This document shows, in pieces, positions 35,565 to 48,044 of a stretch of 64,000 nt of DNA (the first letter of the stretch is position 1; the number at the start of each line of letters is the position of its first letter). This DNA is from Isurus oxyrinchus. Lineage: Eukaryota. Under the pieces are notes generated by a model that saw nothing but the letters and a program-made list of their open reading frames with translations, was not told where the DNA came from and did not search any database. The DNA is taken from positions 16,430,001 through 16,494,000 of the forward strand of contig JANJGN010000009.1 in assembly GCA_026770705.1 (NCBI GenBank), in the 5' to 3' direction. Both the position numbers and the translations under genes were made by a program.

Positions 35565-37559
35565 AGGGATTTAAGGAGAGGGTGAAGTTTTAGTTATAGT
35601 GTTAGAAGTTAGTTGTTCATATTTCTTGCTTTTGCCACTGGTTAATGACAGTTTGTTCAATAAACAGTTATTTACTTATTGAGTTTACAAACATGGTGCT
35701 CGTATTCTGTGAAACTGACAGTTCTGATTTCTTTTTTTAAATCCCAAAGGTCTTTCTCGCTCTCAGCAACTGTAAGGTTATTTTCAAACAACATTGACTG
35801 TCAGTTAAGCTGTTAGTTGCTGAGAGTGGGAACTGACATCAGAACAGTGATTGGAGGAGCAGCAGACACGGGAAAGACAGGGCTGTTCCTCCAATCACAA
35901 ATTTTGTCTCTTCCATGCTGGATATATACAAGTTCTTCCTTTTGTTCTTTGATTTTTGCTGATTAACTTGCCATGCTGTCCAGTAGTGTGTTATTGTCTG
36001 TTCCTCTTTCCATCATGCTGATTGGTCTGTAAAGATTGCCTAGCAATGCACTTCACTTTATATATGAAAAAGAAATGAACAAGTTATAATATATGAACAG
36101 ATCCGCAGGTGTGAGGGCTTTCTTTTGAAGTTGTCATGTTATCTTCCCTTGAAATTGCTAAGGCCTGTTAAGTGTAATCTACTGGGAAAACCCATTTAAC
36201 AAAGACAAGACTATATTCAGTGCTCGCCTTAGATGTTTCTCCAGCTCCTACAATCATGGGTTCCCTCCCTTCTGCTCTTGTCACTTCTCCAGAGACAGAA
36301 TCTATATATGGAAGAGCAGCAAAGGCAAGAGAGAGGGAACCTGTGATTGGTGGAACTGGAGCAGTTATTCTGGTCATTCCCACTGGCCACCATGCAGAAG
36401 TCTTCCAGCTGCACTGAATGATTTGTGATGATATATCCTGGAAGCCAAAGGGAAGAAGCAGAAAATGAAAGAGATGGAGGGAGGCTCCACCAATAACAAG
36501 GCCAGAGCAGACGCAGGATACCTCTCACTCAGCCTCACGCCAGGCCAGGCCCAGCTGTCATCCATGTCCGCAGCATGAACCACTCCCAGGGAACTGGAAC
36601 TTTGCTTCTAGTGATCCTGAGTTACCTTGAGCGAGGTGAGTGAGCACTGTGTCAGTGTGTCTGGGGAAAGACGAAGGAACTTAGGCTGCAGCAAGTCAAT
36701 GAAACTGTCCTCTCTCCTCCTTCTCCTCCCCTTACTCATTCCCTTCCTCCCTCTTTCCCTCCTGTACCTCTCCAATAATGAAGAAATGCAAGCTGCAACA
36801 TGGAGATGATCTTTCTTTTCTATACAGAACCGACAGTCAAAATACATAAAACAAAAACTGAAAAGTTTTATTGCAACCTGAATTGCAAGTATTGAATCCT
36901 TCCCACAAATATGAATTTACTGTCACTGTGTACATATGGTGCAATGGGCAGAGCATGTCAATGGGGCAGTCACCGAAATCAGTGTTATGGGCTGCACAGT
37001 GTTATAAATAATAATGGGATATTTTCCTGACAAATTAACACTGTTGCACAATGCCATTAAAATAAAATTGTACTCTCTGATTTTATTAATAGTCACACAC
37101 AAACTAACACTGCATTACATTGTTCCTGCTTTTAATATTAATGACCCATGCTGCATATATATCGGATGATATTTGTAACCAGATGCCAACAATGGGAGTT
37201 ATAATTTTATGAGGATCTTTCTGTCATTGTTTGGTGACTCTTGAAAGGGGATAAAAATAAAATGTATGAGTGAGGAGGGTTAAAGTGGAGAGGTAAATAA
37301 GGGGCCCAGAAACATGGGAAGCATTAGCGTCCCTCCTGAGCCCTGGGTGATTCTGGTTGAGGTGGGAGAGATATGTTGGGCAGGTGAAGATGGGAACATA
37401 AATAACCAGTGTCCCTGCACCATTACAGCTTGTCCCTCCCTACCATCCCCGGCACTCAGGCTTCTCCTCATCCCAAGCCCATGTTGGGGAGTCCCCTCCC
37501 AGCCCTAAACTGGAAACCAGGCCTAGATCTGCCACCAGCCAACCAACGAACTCAATCCC

Positions 37560-39522
37560 CGCCCTGCCCAGTGCAAAAAGGGTCAGCCATGACTCAGCTC
37601 CCCACATCATGACTATCCCCCATTGTAAAAACATCACGCACAGGCATCCTCCATTTATCAAAATGAAATTTGGGACCATTGACATCAGGACCTTCATGGA
37701 CAACCCAACAGTGACAGACCTGAGCATCGCACCACCATCATAGCTTGGGAACTCAAGTGCCTTGACATCAATATTGCCGCCCTAAGTGAGACACGACACA
37801 CAGGAAAAGGCTAACTGAAGGAACAAGGTAGTGGGTACACTTTTTTCTGCAAAGACCTTCTAGAAGGAGAATGTTTCCACCAGTGGCATTCTCAATCAAA
37901 ACTGAGCTTGCCTGGCACCTCAGCGACTCCCCCTGTGGGATACGTGAGTGCCTCATGACTACCCAGCTCACCCTAATGATGACTCAGCATTCCACTGTCA
38001 TCAGCTCATACTCTCTTACACTTGAAGCAACAGATGAGACCAACCTCGAGCAATCCCAAGCCTGAATCCCAGCAGGTGACAAATTGGTCCTCCTCAGAGA
38101 TTTCAACGCCAGAATCAAGAAGGATACAGATCTCTGGAAGGGTGAAATAGGCATGAAAGGGGTAGGGAAAGCAAACTTCAATGGAGTCCTCCACTTGACA
38201 GAATGTCTAGAAAATGTCTTTGTCATAACCAACACTCTGTTCCACCAGCAAGACAAGCACAAGACCTCCTGGGAACACCCATGGTCTAAATACTGGCACC
38301 TGTTAGGGTACAGCATTGTTCGAGCAAGGGATCACAGAGATGTTCATATCACCCACGCCATGGCAGGCACCGATGACAGCTGCACCATCACCACCTTATC
38401 TGATCTACCATCTCTATCAGCCTGTCCACCAAACATCAGAGGCAACAGGGACAATGCCACAAGAAAATTAACAACAAATACTTTAAAGATCCCACCAAGG
38501 CAACCCTTCACAGTCAGTGCCTCACTGCCAACCTCTCAATCTCCCACCACCAGGAGCAACAGTGTGCCCATGGTGCTTGGTTGACCCAAAAGTCCACAAT
38601 AACAGGCACCTGTGGAGATGTTCATCGCCTCTCTACCAGGAAACATCGTGACTTGTTTGGCAAAAGTAACCAAGAAATACAGGACTAAATTGAGTGAAAT
38701 TTCATTGACTGGAAAATTCCCAGCACCTCAAGAGAAAAGCAGCAGCCCTATAAGTATCTGAAGGCAATGGTACAGCATAAAACCCATGACATAAAGAACC
38801 AATAGTGAGTAGAAGGAGCTCAGGAGATCCAACAACTCATGGATTACCAATGACATGCATTGTTTCTTCAGTGAAGATAACTTGCAGAACAGATGGGAAA
38901 CTGATGAACCAACACCTTCAACCCAAAATCAAAATCACTCCAACTATCGAGCTCCAGAATGAAGAAACTGAGCTCCTGGTCATTATTGATTCCTTCTCTG
39001 AAGCACTTGGGGAAATGGGCCTTAGCGCTAAACATTCAGAAAACTAAGGCCCTCTGCCAACAAGCTCCCACAGCATAACATCTTCCCCCTTCGATTAAAA
39101 TGAGGATCGTGGAAAATGTGGATCTTCCTCTTGATGAAGACAGAAATAGACAACAAAATTCATCGTTGACACCGATATACAAGCTCAGCCTCTAAAGAGG
39201 GCAGTGGAAAAGTTTTAGCAATGTCCTCAAGGCATCCCTGAAGAGGGAGACCCTGGCTTGTGACCAACCGAAATGGAGAAGATTACTCAGGAAGGCACCG
39301 AACACATCGAGAGACTTCATCGGGAACTCAGGGAGGTAAGACATCAGAGAGTGTGCACAAACCTCCAAACAACTCATCCAACCGACCCTTCAGGCACGAC
39401 CTGTCCTGCATATGACAGAGTCTACAGATCATGCATTGGGCTTATCAGCCATCTCCAAACCCATCAAACCGGAGCGGAAGCAAGTCATCCTCGATCCTGA
39501 CGGACTGCTGAAGATAAGAAGA
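37560..39522 (+). mobile_element. RTE-clade LINE, internally deleted
   Basis: APE motifs DINIAALSET, GYTFF, LLRDFNAR, GVGKANFNG, ITNTLF, KTSWEHPWSKYWHLL. C-terminal CP..DR..RS.IGLISHLQTH. AAG-rich tail. Confidence 0.85.
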
Positions 39523-39779
39523 CTCACCTTGCCCTCAGTACTTCAGGATTCTACTTCCTCTCTGACATCATTCTCTTCAGTAAAAATGGAAATGAAACAC
39601 TAACAGCTCTACTATTTTTTGATGACAATTTAAAATTCAGCAGCTCTCTCTGCTCAGCTCTCCCACTTGACTTTTAGCAATCACCTTTTTACTGATATCA
39701 TTATAAAATACTTTACTGTTTCTTTTGATATCCACTGAAGTTGTTTCCCAATACACCTTCGACTTTGACTGTTGAATCA

Positions 39780-40395
39780 CTTAATTCCTGAGGCAGACAG
39801 TCATGGCTTCAATCCTCAGCCTAGACATTACAGCACTGTAATTCGATCTGATGGAGTGCTATGTTCGTCAGTTGTGCTGCCTTTCAGATGAGACCTTAAA
39901 CCAAGGGCTCAATCTGCCCTGTTAGATGAACCTAAAGGTTTCCATGGCACCAACTGAAGAAGAGCCAATTAGTTGTCCAGTTCATCAGTTATCTCTGAAC
40001 CAGCAGCATTAAAAATAGATAAAGGCAGGAAAGCAAAATACTGCAGATGCTGGAAATCTGAAATGAAAACAGAACGTGCTGGATAATCTCAGCAGGTCTG
40101 GCAGCCTATCGAGAGAGAAACAGAGTTTACATTTCGAGTCCATATGACTCAGAAGGAATGTTAACTCTGCTTGTCTCTCCACAGATGCTGCCAGACCTGC
40201 TTGAGTTTTTCCAGTATTTTCTATTCTTATTAAAAATAGATAATCTGGTCATTTAACTCATTGCGTTTTTGTCGAGCCTTGCTGTGTGCTCGCTGGCTCC
40301 TCTGGGATAACAACCACACTACAAAAGCATTTCCAAGGCTGTAAAGAGCTTCAGAATATTCTGAGGACATGAAAGGTTTAGTATAAATACCCAAC
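39780..40395 (+). mobile_element. Deu-domain SINE interrupted by a Penelope mini-element
   Basis: Homologous to 5440-6025. Confidence 0.6.
40023..40228. mobile_element. Fold-back Penelope-derived mini-element, HHR core deleted at the inversion point
   Basis: 15-bp TSD ATTAAAAATAGATAA (40008-40022, 40229-40243). Only stem II (GAGTC-ATATG-GACTC) and GAAA remain on -. Confidence 0.85.
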
Positions 40396-40620
40396 CCCCA
40401 GCCACTTTCCTCTTTTATTTTTTCATGTTCTCCTTTAGGGATTTTTAAATCATTATTAATCTTATAGCCCTGGTAGGCCATCTTCACTTTCAATTATTTT
40501 CCAACCTTTTCATTTATCCATGACATTCTGAAACCACTGATAATTTCCTTTCTATAAAATTGACATCTACTTAGACTGGACATTTGAAATCATTTTTTAA
40601 AAAAAACATTCCTTTGTTGC

Positions 40621-43600
40621 TGTCGTAGGGTGGTCGAGTTGTACTTTTAATGATAGAGTTGATCTGCAGACACTTCTTGGGTGGAAACATTAAGTTTATT
40701 TACAAAATATTCAGCAGCAACTACACATGTGCTTTCAACTCCAACTCCATCTCTACATTGTCTGCTGAGGTAGCCCATGCTACTCTCCTATTGGTTACTA
40801 TAGATCATGTGATCTTGCCTAACAGGCATTATTCTCAAAGGTACATTATAGTCCACACAAAACCATAATTACTACATTGACCTCCTTTAACTTGGCTCTA
40901 CATATTATATTTACAAGTACATATTTTTCAAGACACATGGGAAGAATTTTCCCCCCGTTTGGGGGGTGGAAGTGCAGGAGAGGGTCCAATTGGGGCCACG
41001 CTGCCATTTTGTATGGGCGGGTCAATTAAGGCCGGCCCAGCATGATGCCCGCCAGGAAGCACTTTGTGTTCCCTGTGCGGATGGGGGGGATTCCCTAAGC
41101 CGGGAGTGCGCTCTTTTGCGCATTCGCACGAAAGAGTGCACTCATCTCCCTGAGGAGTACCGCCCGACATCATCCCACGACATTTTACGTGTCGGCTAGC
41201 AGGCCCCATCCCCTGCTCACTTACCTCAATATCCTGGCCATAATATTTACACTGGGTAAGGAATTTACAAGTTCGGTCTTTCAGGTGATTTCCTGGTACA
41301 TGTGGAACGTCTCATCTCCACAACTTCAGATTCTTTGTCAGGAACCTCCTTTTTCGGAGTTGCCTGAACATCAGGTGCTTCGATGGGTAGTTGCAGTTCT
41401 GTATCCTCAACTCTTACAAGAACATCAGACATGTCAGTCCTGGGTTGAGTATCCTCAACAGGAAACGCAGACCCAGTCATGATCATTGATGGAACCAAAT
41501 CTTGATGATTGGTCTCTCTCTTCCTTAAATGTTCCACATTTTTATGGATGATCCAGCCTTCCAACTCAATGTGGTAAGATAGAGGTCCAATCACTTATTT
41601 CACCCGGTAACCACTTTGGTCCTTTCTCAAAGTATTTCACGTATACCAACTCTCTAATGGTAAATTTCCTCTCACAGCTATGCCAGTCGTGTCTGGTTTT
41701 CTGGCTTCCCTGACTCCTTTCCACCTTCCCTCTAAATTTAGCATTATTAAGCTCAATCTCGTCCTGAGTCGGCGTTTCAACAATAACTCAGCAGGTGTGA
41801 CACCTGCTGTTGTGTGAGGGATGGTCCTATAATGAAAAGGAAAGCGTGCTAGCTTGGTTGCTAAGGAATCACCAGTTGGATTTTTCAAGCCATCCTTGAA
41901 CGTTTGAACTGCCCTTTCGGCCAGTCGGTTTGAGGAAGGAGGTATGGTGCGGATTTCACATGAGTGATACTGCTGAGGCCGATAAACTGTTGAAACATAG
42001 CATTCATAAATGCCCATGCTGTTATCGGACGTGGCTACTTTTGCTGGTGTGTGAATGGCAAAACTCTGACGTAGTTTCTGAATTGTAGCAGCCGACGTTG
42101 ATGACTTCACCTCATATATGTCCAACCATTTTGAATGGGCATCAACAATGAGCAGAAATATTGTTCCCAGAAAAAGTCCAATGTTGTCAGTGTGTAAGCA
42201 CACCCAGAGTCTACCTGGCCACTCCCACGGTGGACCGAAGCTGCCACTGGCAATTTTTGCACTTGCTGACATTGCACACAGTGTTTTACTAAACTCTCTG
42301 TTTCGCCATCCATCCCAGGTCGACCTAGATAGCTGTGTGCTATGGTGTTCAATCGGGAAACTCCTGGGTGGGCACTGTGTAGTTCAATTAAAAGTGGCTC
42401 CCTTCCCTTTGGAAGAACTATCACTTTTGCTCCCCACAATAAGATGCCATCCTGGCTGGTTACTTCATGTCTTCTGTTAAAGTATGGTTTCATTTAATCA
42501 GATACAGGCTCTTGTGGCCAACCGTGAAGCACTTGTTCTCGTATCTGAGATAGGACTGGGTCCCGACTTGTTCAGTCTCTGATGTTGAGCAAATACCAAC
42601 GAGAAATCTAAGAAATTTAACAATAAGACAAGTTCTTATGGAACTGGAACATGCTCATCATTTTCTTGTAAAGGCATCAGCCTTTGTGATTTGATTGCCA
42701 GGCTTATGTATGAAAGTGTATTCGTATGCTGCCAGGATTAAAGCCCATCATTGTATTCTTGCTGAGGTTATGGGTGGTATAGACTTGTCCTCACTAAGCA
42801 ATCCTAGCAATGGTTTGTGGTCTGAAACGATTAGAAAATGATGGCCATATACATACTGGTGAAATTTCTTGACACCAAAGATGGTGGACAGGCCTTCGTT
42901 TTCTATCTGCGAATAACCCTTTTCCACTGTGGTGAGCTATTAGCCATTCCATGCTGTCGTCCATCTGATCAGAGAACACTGCTCCCACTCCGTAGGGAGA
43001 TGCGTCACATGTCAGTACCAATTCTTTCATCTGGACATAATGCACTAATAGATTGGATGAGTGCAACAATAGATTCAACTTTATGAAAGCTTCTTTCTGG
43101 GGTGCCTCCCAAGACCAATGTTGGGTCTTTTTGAGTAGAGAATGCAGGGGGTGGGGGGGGTGGGGAGGGGTTGCGAGGCAGCACTGTAGACAAATTGGTT
43201 AAGGACTGCCAATAATAGTTGATCATTCCTAGGAATGGTTTGAGCTCTAAGGCGTTCTTTGGCAGAGGTGCCTCCTTTATGGCTCTCGCTTTCTCCTCAA
43301 CTGGCTGGAGGTCCTGTGAATCTACCCGGTGACTCAAATAGATCACCTCCCTCGCTTGGAACATGCACTTCTCCTTTTTTAAATGCACTCCAGCTTGCAA
43401 GAAACATTTTAGGACTTCAAAGTTTGCCAAATGCCCCTTATCAGTGAATCCTGTCACCAATCCATTGTCTAAGTAGATGACAACCTGGGGCAGTTCCTGC
43501 AGTAAACTTTCCATTGTTCTCTGAAAGATGGCACAAGGGGAGGATACACTGAAAGGTAATTGTGTGTATTGGTTCCACCCTTTGTAGGTATTAATTGTGA

Positions 43601-44380
43601 CACCTTCCCAGGGGGCATTATCCAACTCTAGTTGTTAATGACTCATGTCAAGCTTTGTGTACATTGTCCCTCCTGCCAGCTTGATGTACAAGTCTTCGAT
43701 TTTTGGAATGTGGTGCCTACCTAGCTTGGCTACTTTATTGACCATCAGTTTGTAGTCTCCACAATTGTGGACGCATTGGTCGAGTTTAAGGACGGGGTCT
43801 ATGGGTGCTGCCCATTCTGAGAATTGGACAGGCTGTATAACGCCCAGTTTCTCTAGTCTGTTCAGTTCAGTGTCAACTTTTTCTCACAGTGCTTATGGCA
43901 CCAGTCTCGCCTTCATGAACTGAGGGGTGGCTTCCGGACCCACATGAATCTTGGCCTGCAAGCCCTGGATTATCACCAATTTGTTCTTAAAGACAGTGGC
44001 ATAGTTTCTAAGTCACTTTGGTAGTCCACTTGCTCTCCACTGGAACATTTCAGCCCATTTTAAATTTAAATTAATCTCCTTTAACCAATTTCGCCCCAGG
44101 ATGCTTGACCCTTCACTTGCTACCACCATCAAGAGTAACTTCACTGATTGGCTTCCATAATGGGCAATTACTGTGCTTATGCCTTTTACTTGAATGTCTT
44201 CACCCACCACACCCAACCCCCAACCTCCACCCCCCCCACCACCATCCCCCTCACCCCCCCGCCCCCCAACCAGATCTGTTTTTAGTTTGGCATCTGTTTC
44301 TTCTAAATGTAATTGATTTTTACCATTATTCAAATATCCGAAGGTATGTTCCCCAATTACTGTAGTGGAAGCTCTCTGTA
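40621..44380 (-). mobile_element. Decayed Ty3/Gypsy LTR retrotransposon (pol and 3' LTR 40621-40876)
   Basis: Protease (GSSILGRNWL), RT (YTQLPFSVSSPCAIFQRTM, IYLDN), RNase H (LTCDASPYGVGAV), integrase (ELHSAHPG, CVQCQ, IVDAHSKW, LAERAVQTFK). Purine tract next to a TGTAGT...ACGACA LTR. Confidence 0.9.
40939..41238. mobile_element. Short Harbinger-family MITE (internally deleted)
   Basis: TIRs GGGAAGAATTTT / AATATCCTGGC, TSD CAT. Confidence 0.75.
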
Positions 44381-44535
44381 CTCATTGGAGTTTAGAAGAA
44401 TGAGTATCTCATTGAAGTATTCAAGATACTAGGGAGCTTGACAGGCTAGATGCTGAGAAGATGGTTCCCATCCTGGGGGAATCTAGAACTAGGGGACACA
44501 GTTTAAAAGTAAGGGGGTCTCCCATTTAAGACAAG
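44381..44535 (+). mobile_element. CR1 fragment
   Basis: LIEVFKILGSLTG..GESRTRGHSLKVRG-like sequence. Confidence 0.7.
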
Positions 44536-44614
44536 GCTGTGCCACTTCAGCTGGGCAGTCCAGCGTGGCTGCAATAGCAGGTAGACCAGATGCACCCTTG
44601 ATGTCTCCCACTTT

Positions 44615-44910
44615 GGAGCATTCTGCTATCTGGAGTTCAGTAGGTTATGGGTTCAAATCCCATTCCAGAGAGTTGAGCATGTGGGCTTACAGTCCCAGCA
44701 CAGCCTTGGGAGAGTGCTGTGCTTTCTATGGTGCCAGTGTTCAGGTCAGATGTTAATCTGAGACCACATCCACTCTTTTAAATGGATGTAAAAGATCCAA
44801 CATTGCTGTCTATGGGAGCTTGCTGTGCACACATTGGTTGGTCAGCACATTCTCCACATTGTAGTAGTGACCACACTTCAAAATTCAGTGAGGCACTCTG
44901 GGAAAAATGC
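44615..44910 (+). mobile_element. Deu-domain SINE, internally deleted
   Basis: GGGTTCAAATCCC B-box and body homologous to 5440-6025. Confidence 0.6.
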
Positions 44911-45449
44911 TTATTCATTATTCTTTTCTTTCTTAACTGATGTAAGTAGATGAGGGGAACTCCACTGTCCAGCTCTTTCCCCCTTTCCCCCATTACTGCC
45001 ACAAAGTGTAGTTGGATCAGTGGCAGATGCTGGGCACGACCTGTAGATTTTCCGGGCATATTTCAGAGCTACTATAGACAAATACATTAAGTAAGTGAAG
45101 GTTTTAGTCAGGATCAGTTCACAGCCGAAAAGCCGCAGTATTAACACCAAATTTGTTTCCATGTTGTAGGACCTATCTGCTTTTCCATTGGAAGTTTCAT
45201 TGAAGTTACCAAAGTCATGGGGGAAAGCATTTGACCCGGTACCCGACTTCTTCCTACCACCACCCACATTGTCAGGGCTACCGGAAGACGCGTTTCATGC
45301 TGGGCATGCCTTAATTGACACTGAGTGTGAAATCGTGTTGATTCTACATCCGCTTCCTGGTCAGTTGACTTCACGTGCACGCAGGCGTGAAATTCAGGTG
45401 CGGGACACTCCAGGCCATGGGAAGTAATACCCTAACTGACCAGTAGAGT

Positions 45450-48030
45450 GGCGATGCTAGCGCTGTGGAGAACAGGTGAGATCAAAGTCCTGCAATTTCA
45501 GCCAATGCTACCACAAAACACCTATATGGAGCAGGAGACATAAAGCTCCCAGTGAAAGATGCCCTGAGGTACAAGAATAAAAGAATCCGAGAGATTGTGT
45601 TCATCGTCCACAACCAGGACTGTTGACTATTAAGCCATAAAGCCTGTGTCAGACTAAACATTCTACAAAATATTGACAAGGTCTACCAACAAGGGCCTGG
45701 CTCCTAGTATAAAAGGGAGCTCCTGAAGCTCTTTACAGGACTGGGGGCGACTGAAGAACAAGATCACACTGAGGGAGAATGCTAAACCCCTGTGCCTATT
45801 CACGCCACAAAAGATTCCTCATTCAGTCATGAATCAAGTCCAGCAGCAGCATGTGTCCTAGAATGGTCCCAGTCCCAAAACCAAATGGGTCCATCCATAC
45901 TTGAGTCAACCTGACACAATTCAATAAAGTCAGAGAAACACATCCCATGTCAATGTCCTCAGTGGAAAAAGCCCGATTAAACTCTTGAAGAGCACAGTGT
46001 TTCAAAGCTGAACTCCAATGGTGACTTTTTGGCAACTTCCCCTTGATAAAGAGTCCAGGCTGCCGACCACATTCATTCCCCATTCGGCAGATTCTGCTTC
46101 GAACGTCTGCCATTTGGAATCGCTTCAGTGCCAAAAATATTTCAATGTACCATGTCAGCCATTTTGCAGGGTCCTGCTGGCCTTACTTTCCACATGGACA
46201 GTGTTTTGTTTCACAGTACAAAGGTGGAGGAACATGACAAGAGACTCACAGCTCTCTTCCAGCGCCTGCAGGAAGTAGGTCTGACGCTGAATGTGAAATG
46301 TGAATTCTCCAGAATATCAGCTGGGTTTCTGGGCCACGTGGTCAGTAATAAAAGCACCATGGTAGACCCATAGGAAACTATTAGCGAGTTCCCAACCCCA
46401 TCCTCGAGTCCAGACCTCCAGAGACTCCTAGGATTGGCGAACCAGCTGGCAGAAATGTTAGCAAGTTTTCAGCAAAGGCCACAGAACCTTAGAGGTATCT
46501 GCTTAAGAAAGACCAGGCGTGGTACTGGGACTCACATCAAGAGCAAGAATTCACTCACATCAAGGCGATCCTGATCTCCACAGACGTTCCGGCACACTAT
46601 GACACATCCCTGCCCAACACCATAGCCACGGATGCCTCGTCCACAGGCCTTAGAGTGGTCCTGTTCCAGGAGCAACTGGATGGAAGTCACCGGCTGGTGC
46701 ACAATGCTTCCAGAAGGCTGTCGGACACGGTGATGAGATAGCAAAGGAAGCCCTAGCAGTCACGTGGGCATGCAATAAGTTTTCAGGCTATATCATCAGC
46801 CTCAAGGCCACAATTAAGACCATAAGACCTTAAGACATAGGAGCAAAAATTAGGCCATTCAGCCCATCAAGTCTGCTCCGCCATTCAATCATGGCTGATA
46901 AGTTTCTCAACCCCATTCTCCCGCCTTCTCCCCATAACCTTTGATCCCCTTACCAATCAAGAACCTATCCATCTCGGTCTTAAATACACTCAATGACCTG
47001 GCCTCCACAGCCTTCTGTGGCAATGAATTCCATAGATTCAACATTCTCTGGCTAAAGAAGTTTCTCCTCATCTCTGTTCTAAAAGATCTTCCCTTTACTC
47101 TGAGGCTGTGCCCTCGGGTCCTAGTCTCTCCTACTAATGGAAACATCTTCCCCACATCCACTCTATCCAGGCCTTTCAGTATTCTGTACGTTTCAATCAG
47201 ATCCAATTGAAACAGACCATAAGCCACTAGTCTCATTAATGGGTGAGAAGGAGCGAGCAAAGATGCCTCCCAGAATCCTGAGGTTCTGCCTACACCTAAT
47301 GAGGTTCTCCTCCAAGACGGTATATGTCAAGGTAAAAGCCAGCCAATGGAGACACACTTCCCAGGACCACAGTAGGCCTCTAACACAACAGGAGTTCAAT
47401 CTCATTGAAGATCTGAAATCATACTCCAAATTGACAAGGAGATACCTGCCAGTGACCACAAGTTAACGCCAACAGATTCACCAGGAAGAAATGTGTGATG
47501 AGGAGTGTGCCTGCATCCACTGTTATTGCCAGCAAAGGTGGCCACAAGAGGGTGTACCATGAAAGCGTGGTTTAAACAACAAAAACCCTTTACAGTCATA
47601 GATGAGCTCCTGGTCTACAATGAGCAGCTGGTCATTGCTCAAAGGTACCGCACCAGACACCTGCTACAACTATGAAAGGATGAAAAGGTCTGGATTAAAG
47701 ACCTCAAGAGAGAGGGTACTACCAGCGTGGAACAACGTTGGTCCTACCAAGTTAGCACCCCAGGAGGCTACAGTCAGGAGAAACAGGAGAAGTCGCCCCT
47801 TCATCCCTAGACAGTGCATTGGAGAGACATCGAGGAAGATACCCAGATGCCAGAGCAGCCTCCACACAGTGATGTAAAAGAACACATGACCCACCTCTAG
47901 CAATCAGTCTTGTGTTGGACAGAGCCGTGTGCACAAGCAAGCATGGAGACAGCTCTTAACTTGAACCCTTTACTGTAGATATGTACATAGTTCTTGTAGT
48001 TAGTAATTACATACAGTTAACCTACTTAAG
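45450..48030 (+). mobile_element. Decayed Ty3/Gypsy pol remnant (second family)
   Basis: LLSHKAC, LFTGLG, FWQLPLDKESRLPTTFI, FGIAS.PKIFQCTM, HMDS, GFLGHVVS, DASSTGL.VVLFQ, IETDHKPLVSL. Many deletions. Confidence 0.85.
46816..47203 (-). mobile_element. Young CR1 3' fragment inserted in Gypsy RNase H
   Basis: Open frame LIETYRILKGLDRVDVGKMFPLVGETRTRGHSL..WNSLPQKAVEA, a (TATGGTCT)n tail, and CAATT duplicated at both ends. Confidence 0.9.
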
Positions 48031-48044
48031 ACTAGCAAGACTTC

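Noticed and set aside
34200-36900. Possible LTR-like and Myb-like remnants
   Set aside because: Composition is suggestive, but no ends, TSDs or motifs could be supported.
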